Source: Patescibacteria group bacterium
Lineage (GTDB): Bacteria; Patescibacteriota; Microgenomatia; UBA8517
DNA length: 64,000 bases
Direction: 5' to 3'
NCBI GenBank assembly: GCA_038062915.1
Contig: JBBTWD010000002.1
Span: forward strand, 5,189 to 69,188
Shown here piece by piece: positions 1-8,462 of the stretch (positions are counted from its first letter, which is position 1; each line of letters opens with the position of its first letter). Made by a program: the position numbers and the translations under genes. The notes beneath the pieces were generated by a model. It searched no databases and had not been told where the DNA came from. It saw only the letters and a list, made by a program, of their open reading frames with translations.

Positions 1-1577
1 TGTGGCTCACGAAGAGTGACAAGCATTACAAATTTAGGTTTGTCATATGGTGCAAATCCAATAAAACTTGCGTTTGTTTTTTCATCGTCATAATGGCCTG
101 CAATTGGAATTTGTGCAGTACCTGTTTTACCTGCCACTTTAAAACCTCTTAAATTTGTCCATTTAGCTTCTCCATTTTTCGCGGCTTGTGCCATCATTGC
201 CGTAATTTCGTCAGCAGATTCAGCGCTTATCACTCTCACATTCTCCTCTTTTTGTGTAGTTGTGACGATTCTAGGTGTGGTCAAAATCCCGTCATTGGCA
301 ATAGCGCTAACCGCTCTAACGATTTGGATTGGGGTAGTTGCGACACCTTGTCCAAACGATGCGGTAGCTAGATCAACAATGTTCCATGTTCCCTTTTTTC
401 GCAGTCCGGGCGAAGCCTCACCTTGTAAATCAATTCCAGTGGGCTTGCCTATGCCAAATTTGTCTAAATAATCATATAAAACATCTGCCCCCAACTTTTG
501 ACCTACAAATGTCATACCGACATTGTCAGAATGAACGATGACGTCGGTCATCTCAGAATCAGGAAAATATTTTCTATCCCAAGTTTCTATTGAGTATTTA
601 TCTACTTTTACTGGCCCATCACAAATGTCACATTTAGAGTCAGGCTCTATAACACCAGCATCAAGTGCCGAGGACATTACAATAACTTTGAATATACTTC
701 CAGGTTCAAATGAATCTGAAATTGCGGGATTTTTAAAAAATAAGTCACCATATTCCCAATACTGACCCGGGTCATATGAAGGATAGGACTCCATTCCCAA
801 AATTGCTCCGCTGGCAGGATCCATAACAATAATACTACCCCCCTTAGCTCCATATTTTTCCATGCCTTCTTTTAATTTGTTATATAGCGTAATTTGTATT
901 CTCTTATCCAAACTTGTTACAAGTTCAGTACCTGAAACAACCTCGGTTTGCCTGGCGTTGCCAAGTAGAATCGGGGAACCAGCCGCTCCAGTTTCCCTTC
1001 CTAAAAATCCACTTTTTCCCGACAATGGTAAATCGTAATATCCCTCTAAACCAAAATAACCTACATTCTCACCTTCAATATTTTTTCCTACAAACCCCAA
1101 GAGTTGCCCGGCCACAGAAGCTTCTGGGTAAAATCTAGATTCCATGGACTCAAAACTAATTCCAACTAGACCCATAGCTTCAATGTTTCTTTTTTCATCT
1201 AAGGTTAACTTTTCTTTAAGCGAAACCCATACTAAATCTTTTTTTTCCAAAAGTTCAACAATCCTATCTTTTTCGACTGGGTCATCACTTAACACTCGAG
1301 CAATTTTAGATGGATCATCTTTGATCTTTGTGGGATTTGCTATTACTCGCCAAACTTCGGACCTTATAGCCCAAAAGCTTCCGTCTGGAGCCATAATTTG
1401 CCCCCTAGGGGCTTTTAAAATCTGAGTAGACCTATATTGAGATTTTGCCTGCATGCCCAATTCTTCGCCCTTAATAATTTGCCAATATGAAAGCCTCACA
1501 ATTAACCCAAAAAAAAGAATCAAAAAGACAACGGAGAGTACCTTAATTTTATCTAGCTGCCACTCCCTCATTTTCAT
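1..1577 (-). CDS. ftsI: Penicillin-binding protein (peptidoglycan D,D-transpeptidase, FtsI/PBP2-like); 3' end beyond window
   Basis: Not in the ORF track because no stop codon occurs before the window edge. Manual minus-strand translation from the ATG at 1577 gives MKMREWQLDKIKVLSVVFLILFFGLIVRLSYWQIIKGEELGMQAKSQ.... It has an N-terminal TM anchor and in-frame motifs SIFK (SxxK), SDN (SxN) and KTGT. It stays open to position 1. It sits after ftsL in the dcw cluster and overlaps ftsL by about 29 nt. Confidence 0.75.
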   Translation of the reverse strand, partial: MKMREWQLDKIKVLSVVFLILFFGLIVRLSYWQIIKGEELGMQAKSQYRSTQILKAPRGQIMAPDGSFWAIRSEVWRVIANPTKIKDDPSKIARVLSDDPVEKDRIVELLEKKDLVWVSLKEKLTLDEKRNIEAMGLVGISFESMESRFYPEASVAGQLLGFVGKNIEGENVGYFGLEGYYDLPLSGKSGFLGRETGAAGSPILLGNARQTEVVSGTELVTSLDKRIQITLYNKLKEGMEKYGAKGGSIIVMDPASGAILGMESYPSYDPGQYWEYGDLFFKNPAISDSFEPGSIFKVIVMSSALDAGVIEPDSKCDICDGPVKVDKYSIETWDRKYFPDSEMTDVIVHSDNVGMTFVGQKLGADVLYDYLDKFGIGKPTGIDLQGEASPGLRKKGTWNIVDLATASFGQGVATTPIQIVRAVSAIANDGILTTPRIVTTTQKEENVRVISAESADEITAMMAQAAKNGEAKWTNLRGFKVAGKTGTAQIPIAGHYDDEKTNASFIGFAPYDKPKFVMLVTLREP

Positions 1578-1821
1578 TTATATAAACAATCTCTGTAGCT
1601 GAAGTAAAACCCAGTTCTTTACTTTTTTCTTCAAGATTCGACATCGAAATTCCACGAACAATTGACTCTCTTAACTCTCCCTGTTTAGCCATTAACATCC
1701 CTTCTTCAAGGTTTAATTTTGATATCTGACTCCCCGTAGCCACAGCCTCGATCGTCAAAAATACCGAAGTTGCGGCAAATACGGCAAAAACTACTATTAA
1801 AATGTATTTAAATTTTTTCAT
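1549..1821 (-). CDS. ftsL: Cell division protein FtsL-like (small bitopic membrane protein)
   Basis: 90 aa with an N-terminal TM helix followed by a coiled-coil-like region; positioned between rsmH and the PBP gene. Confidence 0.5.
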   Translation of the reverse strand: MKKFKYILIVVFAVFAATSVFLTIEAVATGSQISKLNLEEGMLMAKQGELRESIVRGISMSNLEEKSKELGFTSATEIVYINENEGVAAR

Positions 1822-2635
1822 ATATTCTTAATTTTGCGCTCCTGGCCCTGGGATTGCGCCTAATTTCACCTGCTCCAGGCAATATAAGCCTATTTTTAGC
1901 AAATTCCTTGGCTATCCTATCCTCACCCGAATGGAAACTTATGACAATTAACTTTCCACCAGGTTTTAAAAGTTCAAAAGCCTTTGGTAAAACATCCCTT
2001 AAATTATCAAGCTCGCTATTAACTGCAATTCTAACTGCTAAAAAAGGTAATGTAGCAGGATTTAAACTTGACTTCGATTTTAATTCTCGACAAATTTTTA
2101 AAAGACCCCCTATGGTTGTTGGTTTCTCTAAAAATATTCTTCTGGCCAGCCATCTTGCATTGCCCATTTCCATTGTCGTTTCAAATAAGCTAATTAACTG
2201 ATCTTCTCTAAGGCCGTTAAGTAAATCGGCGGCTGTTACCCCCTGAACTTCGGGGTTGAGCCTCATATCCAAACCAGATTCGAGATTTGAGCTGCCGAAA
2301 GAGAAACCTCGATCGTCACCTGTCAAATGCAAATTTGTAACTCCCAAGTCAAAAAGTATCCCGGAAACTTTATTAAAATCATTTTCTTTGGCGATTTTAT
2401 CTATACCAATAAAGTTCCCTAAAATAAAATTGCCTCCAGGTACTCTTTTTTTTGCAATCGCCAACATCTTAGGATCTGCTTCAATCCCTAAAACTTCACC
2501 ACCAGCTTTAATAATTTCTAATGAATGGCCTCCAGTCCCTAGTGTTGCGTCTATATATTGCGAGCTTTTATTAATGTGCAAATTCTCTAAAACTTCTCGA
2601 ACCATTACTGATTCGTGGTATTTGTCATTTATCAT
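1808..2635 (-). CDS. rsmH: 16S rRNA (cytosine1402-N4)-methyltransferase RsmH/MraW
   Basis: Contains GTGGHS, an SFHSGEDRI-like motif and a SAM-MTase fold signature; located in the mraZ-rsmH-ftsL-ftsI order. Confidence 0.9.
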   Translation of the reverse strand: MINDKYHESVMVREVLENLHINKSSQYIDATLGTGGHSLEIIKAGGEVLGIEADPKMLAIAKKRVPGGNFILGNFIGIDKIAKENDFNKVSGILFDLGVTNLHLTGDDRGFSFGSSNLESGLDMRLNPEVQGVTAADLLNGLREDQLISLFETTMEMGNARWLARRIFLEKPTTIGGLLKICRELKSKSSLNPATLPFLAVRIAVNSELDNLRDVLPKAFELLKPGGKLIVISFHSGEDRIAKEFAKNRLILPGAGEIRRNPRARSAKLRIYEKI

Positions 2636-3059
2636 TCTTTGACAATTCTTCTATATATCCTGGCGCTTCTTTTATAATTAATTTCTCTCTTTCTTCCCAA
2701 ACCTGACTATTCCAAATTTCTACTCTGTCTCCTACACCTAAAAAATATATATCTTCACCTAAATGACCGTATAAAACTAAATTTTCAGGTATAACTATTC
2801 GTCCTTGATCATCAGGAATTACTTCGTAGGCTGAACTAAAAATAAAATGTTCAGACCCTCTGACAGGATTAGTTATCAAGTTCGTTCTTCCTGTAATTCT
2901 TGTTAAAAGTGCGTTTAGTAAACTTTTAGCTACTAATACTAAACATTCCTCGTACCATTTGGCGACAATAATTGCTTCCCCTAATTCGTGACGAAGTGGA
3001 GCAGGAATAGAAGTTCTGTGATTGACTGCAAGCTTTGCCGGATATGTTCCTAAAAGCAT
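2625..3059 (-). CDS. mraZ: Transcriptional regulator MraZ
   Basis: Two MraZ half-domains including DDQGRIVIPENL. The ORF is open up to 3095, but the start is probably the internal Met (MLLGTYPAKL...) at 3059. Confidence 0.75.
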   Translation of the reverse strand: MLLGTYPAKLAVNHRTSIPAPLRHELGEAIIVAKWYEECLVLVAKSLLNALLTRITGRTNLITNPVRGSEHFIFSSAYEVIPDDQGRIVIPENLVLYGHLGEDIYFLGVGDRVEIWNSQVWEEREKLIIKEAPGYIEELSKNDK

Positions 3060-3090
3060 ATAAATTACTAGTGGAGCCGGGCAGGCTCTC

Positions 3091-3117
3091 TCCATTTCTC
3101 ACCATTACTAACCATTA
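3091..3117 (-). promoter_or_regulatory. Three direct repeats (TAATGGT/AAATGGA on the coding strand) at 10-bp spacing upstream of mraZ; candidate MraZ operator
   Basis: Plus-strand sequence is tccattt(c) / accatta(c) / accatta(t), starting at 3091, 3101 and 3111. Confidence 0.3.
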
Positions 3118-3182
3118 TTCATCTTCTTTCACGAACTGTCAACCCCAATTTTCACCGAACAAAATATATCATCCGAGGCTAT

Positions 3183-3704
3183 TTATTTTGAAGAGAAAGT
3201 TTTGGTACCGTCGGCAAATGTGTCCATTGTAACCTCAAAGGCACCTTTTTTAGGAGAAGTCAAGGTAAACTGTGTCGAAAGTTTGCCGATTAATTTACCC
3301 TTACTATCCCTAAATCTAATTGTGATTGTTCCTCCAGTTACCCCTTCATCATATCTAAATTTACCTGATGATTCTGAACCCAATAGTAAATCTCGGGTAA
3401 CATCATTCCCATCTAATTTAACCGTCCCAGGAACACCTTGTGTTCTACCATCAGGCAGAGAATATAGAAGTTCATAATCGAGCGAAGTGGCTCCAGAAAC
3501 TTTGATTTTTTCGATCATAAGTTTTAACCAATGACCATCGGAGGTAGGGATCAACGATACTAGTGGTCTCTCACCTACGGGGATCTCTTTTACAGTTTCT
3601 TCTTCCTCTTCCCCATTATTACGGGAGTTTTTAACAAAAACAAAAGCACCAACAACTACAAAAAGCCCAACCCCAAGAAGTATTAATGGCAGATACTTTT
3701 TCAT
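3183..3704 (-). CDS. Hypothetical membrane-anchored protein
   Basis: N-terminal TM helix, a Glu-rich linker and a soluble domain; no family recognised. Confidence 0.45.
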   Translation of the reverse strand: MKKYLPLILLGVGLFVVVGAFVFVKNSRNNGEEEEETVKEIPVGERPLVSLIPTSDGHWLKLMIEKIKVSGATSLDYELLYSLPDGRTQGVPGTVKLDGNDVTRDLLLGSESSGKFRYDEGVTGGTITIRFRDSKGKLIGKLSTQFTLTSPKKGAFEVTMDTFADGTKTFSSK

Positions 3705-3717
3705 TTATCTAGTTTAT

Positions 3718-4980
3718 TTATATCCCAATTTTATTGTGAAAGTAATCAGAAAGTTTGTCAATGGCGATTCTTTCTTGTTTAGCGGTATCTCGGTCGCGGA
3801 CGGTTACAGAATCGTCATCAAGTGTTTGAAAATCAACGGTGACACACCATGGTGTTCCTATCTCGTCCTGCGCAAAATAACGTTTGCCAATATTTCCTCT
3901 ATCATCCCAAGCTACTGACAAAAATCGAGATTTGAGTAAGAGATAGAGATCACGTGCCTTCGAAACTAATTCTAATTTGTTAGATAGAAGTGGAAAAATG
4001 GCAACTTTATAGGGGGCTAATTTGGGATTAAGTTTAAGATAAACCCTTTTTTCGTCCTCATGGTAAGCATTGATTAGGAAAAACAAAGTGGCACGGTCAA
4101 CACCACCCGAAGTCTCTATTACCCAAGGAGTGTATTCTTCATTAGTTAGTTCATCTTTATATGTTAGATTATGATTTTTAAGATCAAATTCTCCCCTATG
4201 GTGTATTCCTTCAAATTCGCTCCAACCAAAAGGGGCATCGTATTCGATGTCTGTGGCATATTTGGCATAGTGTGCCCTTTTTTCTGGTTCGTGGTCTTTA
4301 AATCTTAATTTATTTTTATCCATTCCCAAACTTTCGTACCATTTAACTCTTTTATCCTTCCAATATTCAAAAGTTTCTTTTGAACCTTGATCATCAGGCT
4401 TCATAAAATACTCAAGTTCCATCTGTTCGAATTCGCGTGATCTAAAAGTTAGGTTCCCTGGTGTAATTTCATTTCTAAAAGCTTTACCAATCTGGGCAAT
4501 TCCAAATGGGATTTTAATTCTTGTAGAATCTGTAATATTTTTAAAATTAACAAATACACCTTGAGTTATTTCTCCTCGTAAGTAAGATTTTTCTTTCGGT
4601 TCCGTAGTTCCTAAAAAAACCTCTGTCATCAAATTAAAAGTTTTTTCTTTCGTCCATGAATCATGCTCATGAGAAGCTTTTTGATCGTCTCTAAACCGTT
4701 TGTGGCAAATCTTGCATTCAATCAGTGGGTCACTAAGGGCTTTAAGATGCCCAGACTTTTCCCAAACTTGAGGGTTCATAATAATTGCAGCATCAAGCCC
4801 CACAACGTCTTCGCGGGAGTAAACTATACTTTTCCACCACTCACGCTTTATGTTATTTTTGAGTTCAACCCCAAGTGGTCCATAATCCCAAAAACCTTGA
4901 TAACCACCATATATTTCGCTTCCTTGAAAAATAAATCCCCGTCTTTTAACCAAACTCGCAATCTTCTCCATAATGTCCAT
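3718..4980 (-). CDS. glyQS: Glycine--tRNA ligase (dimeric class II GlyRS)
   Basis: RRGFIFQGSEIYGGYQGFWDYGPLGVELKNNIKREWW matches the conserved GlyRS N-terminus; class II motifs are present. Confidence 0.9.
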   Translation of the reverse strand: MDIMEKIASLVKRRGFIFQGSEIYGGYQGFWDYGPLGVELKNNIKREWWKSIVYSREDVVGLDAAIIMNPQVWEKSGHLKALSDPLIECKICHKRFRDDQKASHEHDSWTKEKTFNLMTEVFLGTTEPKEKSYLRGEITQGVFVNFKNITDSTRIKIPFGIAQIGKAFRNEITPGNLTFRSREFEQMELEYFMKPDDQGSKETFEYWKDKRVKWYESLGMDKNKLRFKDHEPEKRAHYAKYATDIEYDAPFGWSEFEGIHHRGEFDLKNHNLTYKDELTNEEYTPWVIETSGGVDRATLFFLINAYHEDEKRVYLKLNPKLAPYKVAIFPLLSNKLELVSKARDLYLLLKSRFLSVAWDDRGNIGKRYFAQDEIGTPWCVTVDFQTLDDDSVTVRDRDTAKQERIAIDKLSDYFHNKIGI

Positions 4981-5016
4981 GCCTTGATTATAACCTTGTG
5001 TATAATGATTATCTAG

Positions 5017-6033
5017 ATGTTTAACAAATACAAATTTGTCATTATATCCATCCTAGTGTTTTTAATTGGATTTTTCGGGAGCTATTTTGTTCTTTCATTA
5101 ACTCAAAAACCAAAGACGATAGACAAAACAATAACCGCTAGTGGAACAGATGAAGATATCCAAGCTCCTTTTGAGCCCATTAACAACCTGGAGTCATACA
5201 ATCTGGCACTACTTGGTTCTGGTGGTGAGGGACACTCTGGAGGAACTTTGACTGACAGTATTATCGTCGTAAGTATTAACTCTAAAAATAATATAGTCAG
5301 CCTCATTTCCATCCCTCGGGATCTATGGGTTCCTGGTAACCGTAAAATTAATGCCGAGATATCAGCTAACGGTTTCGGAGGATTAAAAAGCACGCTCCAG
5401 GGAATAACAGGGCTTGAAGTGCAAAATTATATTTCAGTAGACTTCACAGGACTAACTAGAATCATTGATGACTTGAGAGGAATAGAAGTTAATATTCCCA
5501 AAACTTTTGATGATTATTTTTATCCTGTCAAAGGTCGTGAAAATGAAACTTGTGGAATGTCTAATGAAAAGATTGCCGAGTTTCATCAGAAATATTCTGG
5601 TTTTGAATTAGAAAAGCAATTTACTTGCAGATATGAGACTATCCATTTTGAAAAAGGATTAACCAAAATTACAGGGGAAGAAGCGCTAAAGCTTGCCAGG
5701 TCCAGACACGGAGATAGCGATTTTGGCAGAAGTGCCCGTCAATTTGCAATTCTAAAAGGGGTGTTGGGTAAATTAATTTCGACAGACGCTCTAAACAATA
5801 TCGACGATATTTATAAATCTATGGGAAAAATTGTAAAAACCGACATTGATCTAAAAACAACAAAAGACCTTGTTAAAACGTTTGGGGACCCAAATTCCTA
5901 CAAAATAACAGAAATTCAACTTTCCACAACTAATGTATTAAATGAAGGAAAAAGCTCTGCTGGTGCATATATACTTTTCCCCAAAGCTGGAAATTTTAAT
6001 TTTTCGGAAATTAAAAGTTACTTAGCAAAATAA
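5017..6033 (+). CDS. LytR-CpsA-Psr (LCP) family cell-wall polymer ligase
   Basis: N-terminal TM helix; LCP core reads LLGSGGEGHSGGTLTDSIIVVSIN...ISIPRDLWVP...ARSRHGDSDFGRSARQ. Confidence 0.85.
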   Translation: MFNKYKFVIISILVFLIGFFGSYFVLSLTQKPKTIDKTITASGTDEDIQAPFEPINNLESYNLALLGSGGEGHSGGTLTDSIIVVSINSKNNIVSLISIPRDLWVPGNRKINAEISANGFGGLKSTLQGITGLEVQNYISVDFTGLTRIIDDLRGIEVNIPKTFDDYFYPVKGRENETCGMSNEKIAEFHQKYSGFELEKQFTCRYETIHFEKGLTKITGEEALKLARSRHGDSDFGRSARQFAILKGVLGKLISTDALNNIDDIYKSMGKIVKTDIDLKTTKDLVKTFGDPNSYKITEIQLSTTNVLNEGKSSAGAYILFPKAGNFNFSEIKSYLAK

Positions 6034-6064
6034 AGGAAACATATTGTACTGTTCTGGTGTTAAA

Positions 6065-6646
6065 TTAGAAAAGGCTTGCTTGTTTTTCATCTTCTTTTTT
6101 GGGATAGTTAAAATCTACTTTTACTTCATGCGTCTCATTCCAAAAATCAATATATTTTAAATATCCGTTTTTCATTCCAAAGTCGTAGATATCTTTTGTA
6201 ATAGCTACATCCATTTCACAATATTTTTTAAGCTTAGCTAGACTTTCGCTGTCTCCCTTATTCCAATACTTAATAGCATTCTCACCACTATCATTTTTGG
6301 TTAAATTAAGAGTGGCCCTAGCAAGAGCATCAAGTGAAACTCTTTTACCCAAGTATTCCTTAATTTTAGCTAAAATATCAAAATGTGGAAGTTTGGACCA
6401 ATGACTAGGTAAATAGAGAGAAAGTGCTGGAACATCAAAGGTAATTGAGTTAAAACCGATAATCCTATCTGCTTTTTCAAAAATCTTGAACATTTCAGGA
6501 AAATCTTTTTCCCAAAAGCTCATCATTTTACCTTCAACATAAAGTGAGACTATTGATACACCCAAGTCAGCTGGGTCGCTCCCCGCAATCTCATCAAAAA
6601 ACTTCTTCGTCTCACAATCAAAAACAACTTCAATTTTTGTATTCAT
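6065..6646 (-). CDS. 3'-5' exonuclease, DnaQ-like DEDDy family
   Basis: Exo I VVFDCETK (DxE), Exo II GFNSITFD, Exo III YCEMDVAITKDIY (Yx3D). Confidence 0.6.
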   Translation of the reverse strand: MNTKIEVVFDCETKKFFDEIAGSDPADLGVSIVSLYVEGKMMSFWEKDFPEMFKIFEKADRIIGFNSITFDVPALSLYLPSHWSKLPHFDILAKIKEYLGKRVSLDALARATLNLTKNDSGENAIKYWNKGDSESLAKLKKYCEMDVAITKDIYDFGMKNGYLKYIDFWNETHEVKVDFNYPKKEDEKQASLF

Positions 6647-7131
6647 GAAATTAGTTTTCTCTTGAAATTTTCTCCAGTAATAATTTTCTTTCCTGTTCTT
6701 TTTTCAAGCGCCAATCGCGCATTTTTTGCAATCCTACCACCTTTTTTGGCCGGAATCTTATTCTCTTTTAATCCCTTCGCTTGTTCTGTTTCCGCAATTT
6801 GTCTAATTGATTGTATAATTCTAAAAAGAGTTTCTGTGTCTGCTGTATCTGTTAAATACCTTTTTCCGTCTTGAGAAACCATTTTCAGTTGTACGATTTT
6901 TTCGTACAACTTACTTCCATCTTGTTTTAACTTCAGCTTTAAATCGGTCCAATATCTTCTTGGTATTGTGCTCCCTGTCAACACTTCAATAATATCAATC
7001 ACTGAGAAATACCATTTCTCTTTTTTATCGTCCCATAATCTCCGGACAGTTTTACCCTGAAATGAAATGATTTTATCTTCCATAACCATTATGGATATAT
7101 TGTATCTGAAGTTGATAACGGTGTTAAGCAA
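6643..7131 (-). CDS. Bro-N domain protein (DinD/antirepressor-like)
   Basis: FQGKTVRRLWDDKKEKWYFSVIDIIEVLTGS...RRYWTDLK...DGKRYLTDTADTETLFRII resembles the Bro-N fold; the start is possibly an internal Met. Confidence 0.5.
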   Translation of the reverse strand: MLNTVINFRYNISIMVMEDKIISFQGKTVRRLWDDKKEKWYFSVIDIIEVLTGSTIPRRYWTDLKLKLKQDGSKLYEKIVQLKMVSQDGKRYLTDTADTETLFRIIQSIRQIAETEQAKGLKENKIPAKKGGRIAKNARLALEKRTGKKIITGENFKRKLIS

Positions 7132-7166
7132 CTCTATTTTACCAAAAAAACTTCAAACATATCAAT

Positions 7167-7910
7167 TTAACCTTCTGGAAGAATAAATGAAAGACTGTAC
7201 ATTACAAAAACTCCAGCAATTACAAGTAGGGCTTTTATGAATGTTCTTTTTTTAGTATCGTTTTCACCTATTTCTGGTAAAAAATCAGATGCCCCTAGAT
7301 ACAAAAATACTCCTGCAGCAACTGCCAATACAATTGCTAAAGTGTCGCTATTTATATCGGGAACCAAAAAGTAAACTAAAAAGGCGCCGGGTATTGTTGC
7401 CAGTGCCGAAAAAAAATTCGCAAAAAATGCCTTTTTAGTGGACCAACCCCTGGATATCAAAACTCCAAAGTCCCCGATTTCGTGTGGAGTTTCATGTAAA
7501 AAAGTGGAAAGGGCAACGACAAGGCCTAGATTAGGGTTTGCTACAAATGCCGCCCCAATTGCGATTCCATCAATCAAATTGTGAATTGTGTCTCCAAAAA
7601 GAACCAAAGGAATTGAAGATTTTTTCTCTCCTCCATCGTGACCTTCATGGTGATGCATTAAAGCAAAATATTTTTCAAAAAGAAATGATGCCAAAAAAGC
7701 TATTAAAATGTAAAAAAATCCTGTCTCTCCAAGTATTTCGGTTGTTTCAGGCATCAAATGAAGCATCGAGACAGAAAGAAGTACCCCAGCAGCAAATGGG
7801 ATTGCATAGATAGAAAGTGTTTTAGCCCAAGATTCTTTAAAAAGAAAAACTACTCCACCAATAAGTCCAGCTACGCTACCCAGAATAGTCAAACCCAAAA
7901 GCATTAACAT
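7167..7910 (-). CDS. zupT: ZIP family metal (zinc) transporter
   Basis: Multi-TM protein with HHHEGHDGGE loop, HNLIDGIAIG and HETPHEIGDFGVL motifs. Confidence 0.85.
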   Translation of the reverse strand: MLMLLGLTILGSVAGLIGGVVFLFKESWAKTLSIYAIPFAAGVLLSVSMLHLMPETTEILGETGFFYILIAFLASFLFEKYFALMHHHEGHDGGEKKSSIPLVLFGDTIHNLIDGIAIGAAFVANPNLGLVVALSTFLHETPHEIGDFGVLISRGWSTKKAFFANFFSALATIPGAFLVYFLVPDINSDTLAIVLAVAAGVFLYLGASDFLPEIGENDTKKRTFIKALLVIAGVFVMYSLSFILPEG

Positions 7911-7913
7911 AAA

Positions 7914-8462
7914 TTATTCTAACATTGATTTACCTACTCGGATACTCGAAAGTTGTCTTTCGATTACCTCTTCTAATTTTTCATCGTGATTAGATAAAAC
8001 ATTTCCTTTTGGCCAATAACCCAAGATAGTTAGAAGTCTTAAAACAAAATCTAATCGAAGCGCTTTTAACTCAACAGTGGATTTAAGTTTTCCAAGATTT
8101 TCAATAATTAAATTGTAAACTTCTAGATTGACTTCGTTGCCATGAGTAATTTTTCCGATTACTTCGCAAAAATAATAAGCGAGGGAAACTTTCTTTAAAT
8201 TATTCCGAATTTCTTTAAAGTCATCAATAACATCAGCTTCGGTCATTAAATCTAGACCATGGCCACTAACAGCTTGATAGTTAACTAAATTAAATATTTC
8301 AATATGCCCCCTTTTATGACTTTTGGGGCGTCTCACACCCTTTGCTATTAATGAGGTTTTACCATGATTTTTTGAATAAATAACTAAAATTCTATCTGCT
8401 TCTCCAAAATTCCGTCTAGCTAAAACAACACCGATATCAGAATAAGAATGTGGTTTCGTCAA
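7914..8462 (-). CDS. recO: DNA repair protein RecO (short form)
   Basis: N-terminal OB-fold pattern GVVLARRNFGEADRILVIYSKNHGKTSLIAKGVRRPKS. Confidence 0.75.
   Translation of the reverse strand: MTKPHSYSDIGVVLARRNFGEADRILVIYSKNHGKTSLIAKGVRRPKSHKRGHIEIFNLVNYQAVSGHGLDLMTEADVIDDFKEIRNNLKKVSLAYYFCEVIGKITHGNEVNLEVYNLIIENLGKLKSTVELKALRLDFVLRLLTILGYWPKGNVLSNHDEKLEEVIERQLSSIRVGKSMLE

Noticed and set aside
186-1425. Five short plus-strand ORFs (61-93 aa)
   Set aside because: They lie antisense to a continuous, motif-bearing PBP reading frame on the minus strand and have low-complexity composition; they are spurious
1854-2642. Plus-strand ORFs antisense to rsmH (115 and 128 aa)
   Set aside because: They lie antisense within a confidently identified rsmH gene. 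There are many similar antisense ORFs across the window, for example 9789..10058, 15116..15601, 16022..16348, 41582..42010, 54221..54703 and 55630..55995. All are treated as AT-rich noise.
6065-7131. Intact prophage suggested by the Bro-N protein
   Set aside because: No integrase, capsid, terminase or attachment-site tRNA is nearby; at most it is a remnant or a domesticated gene
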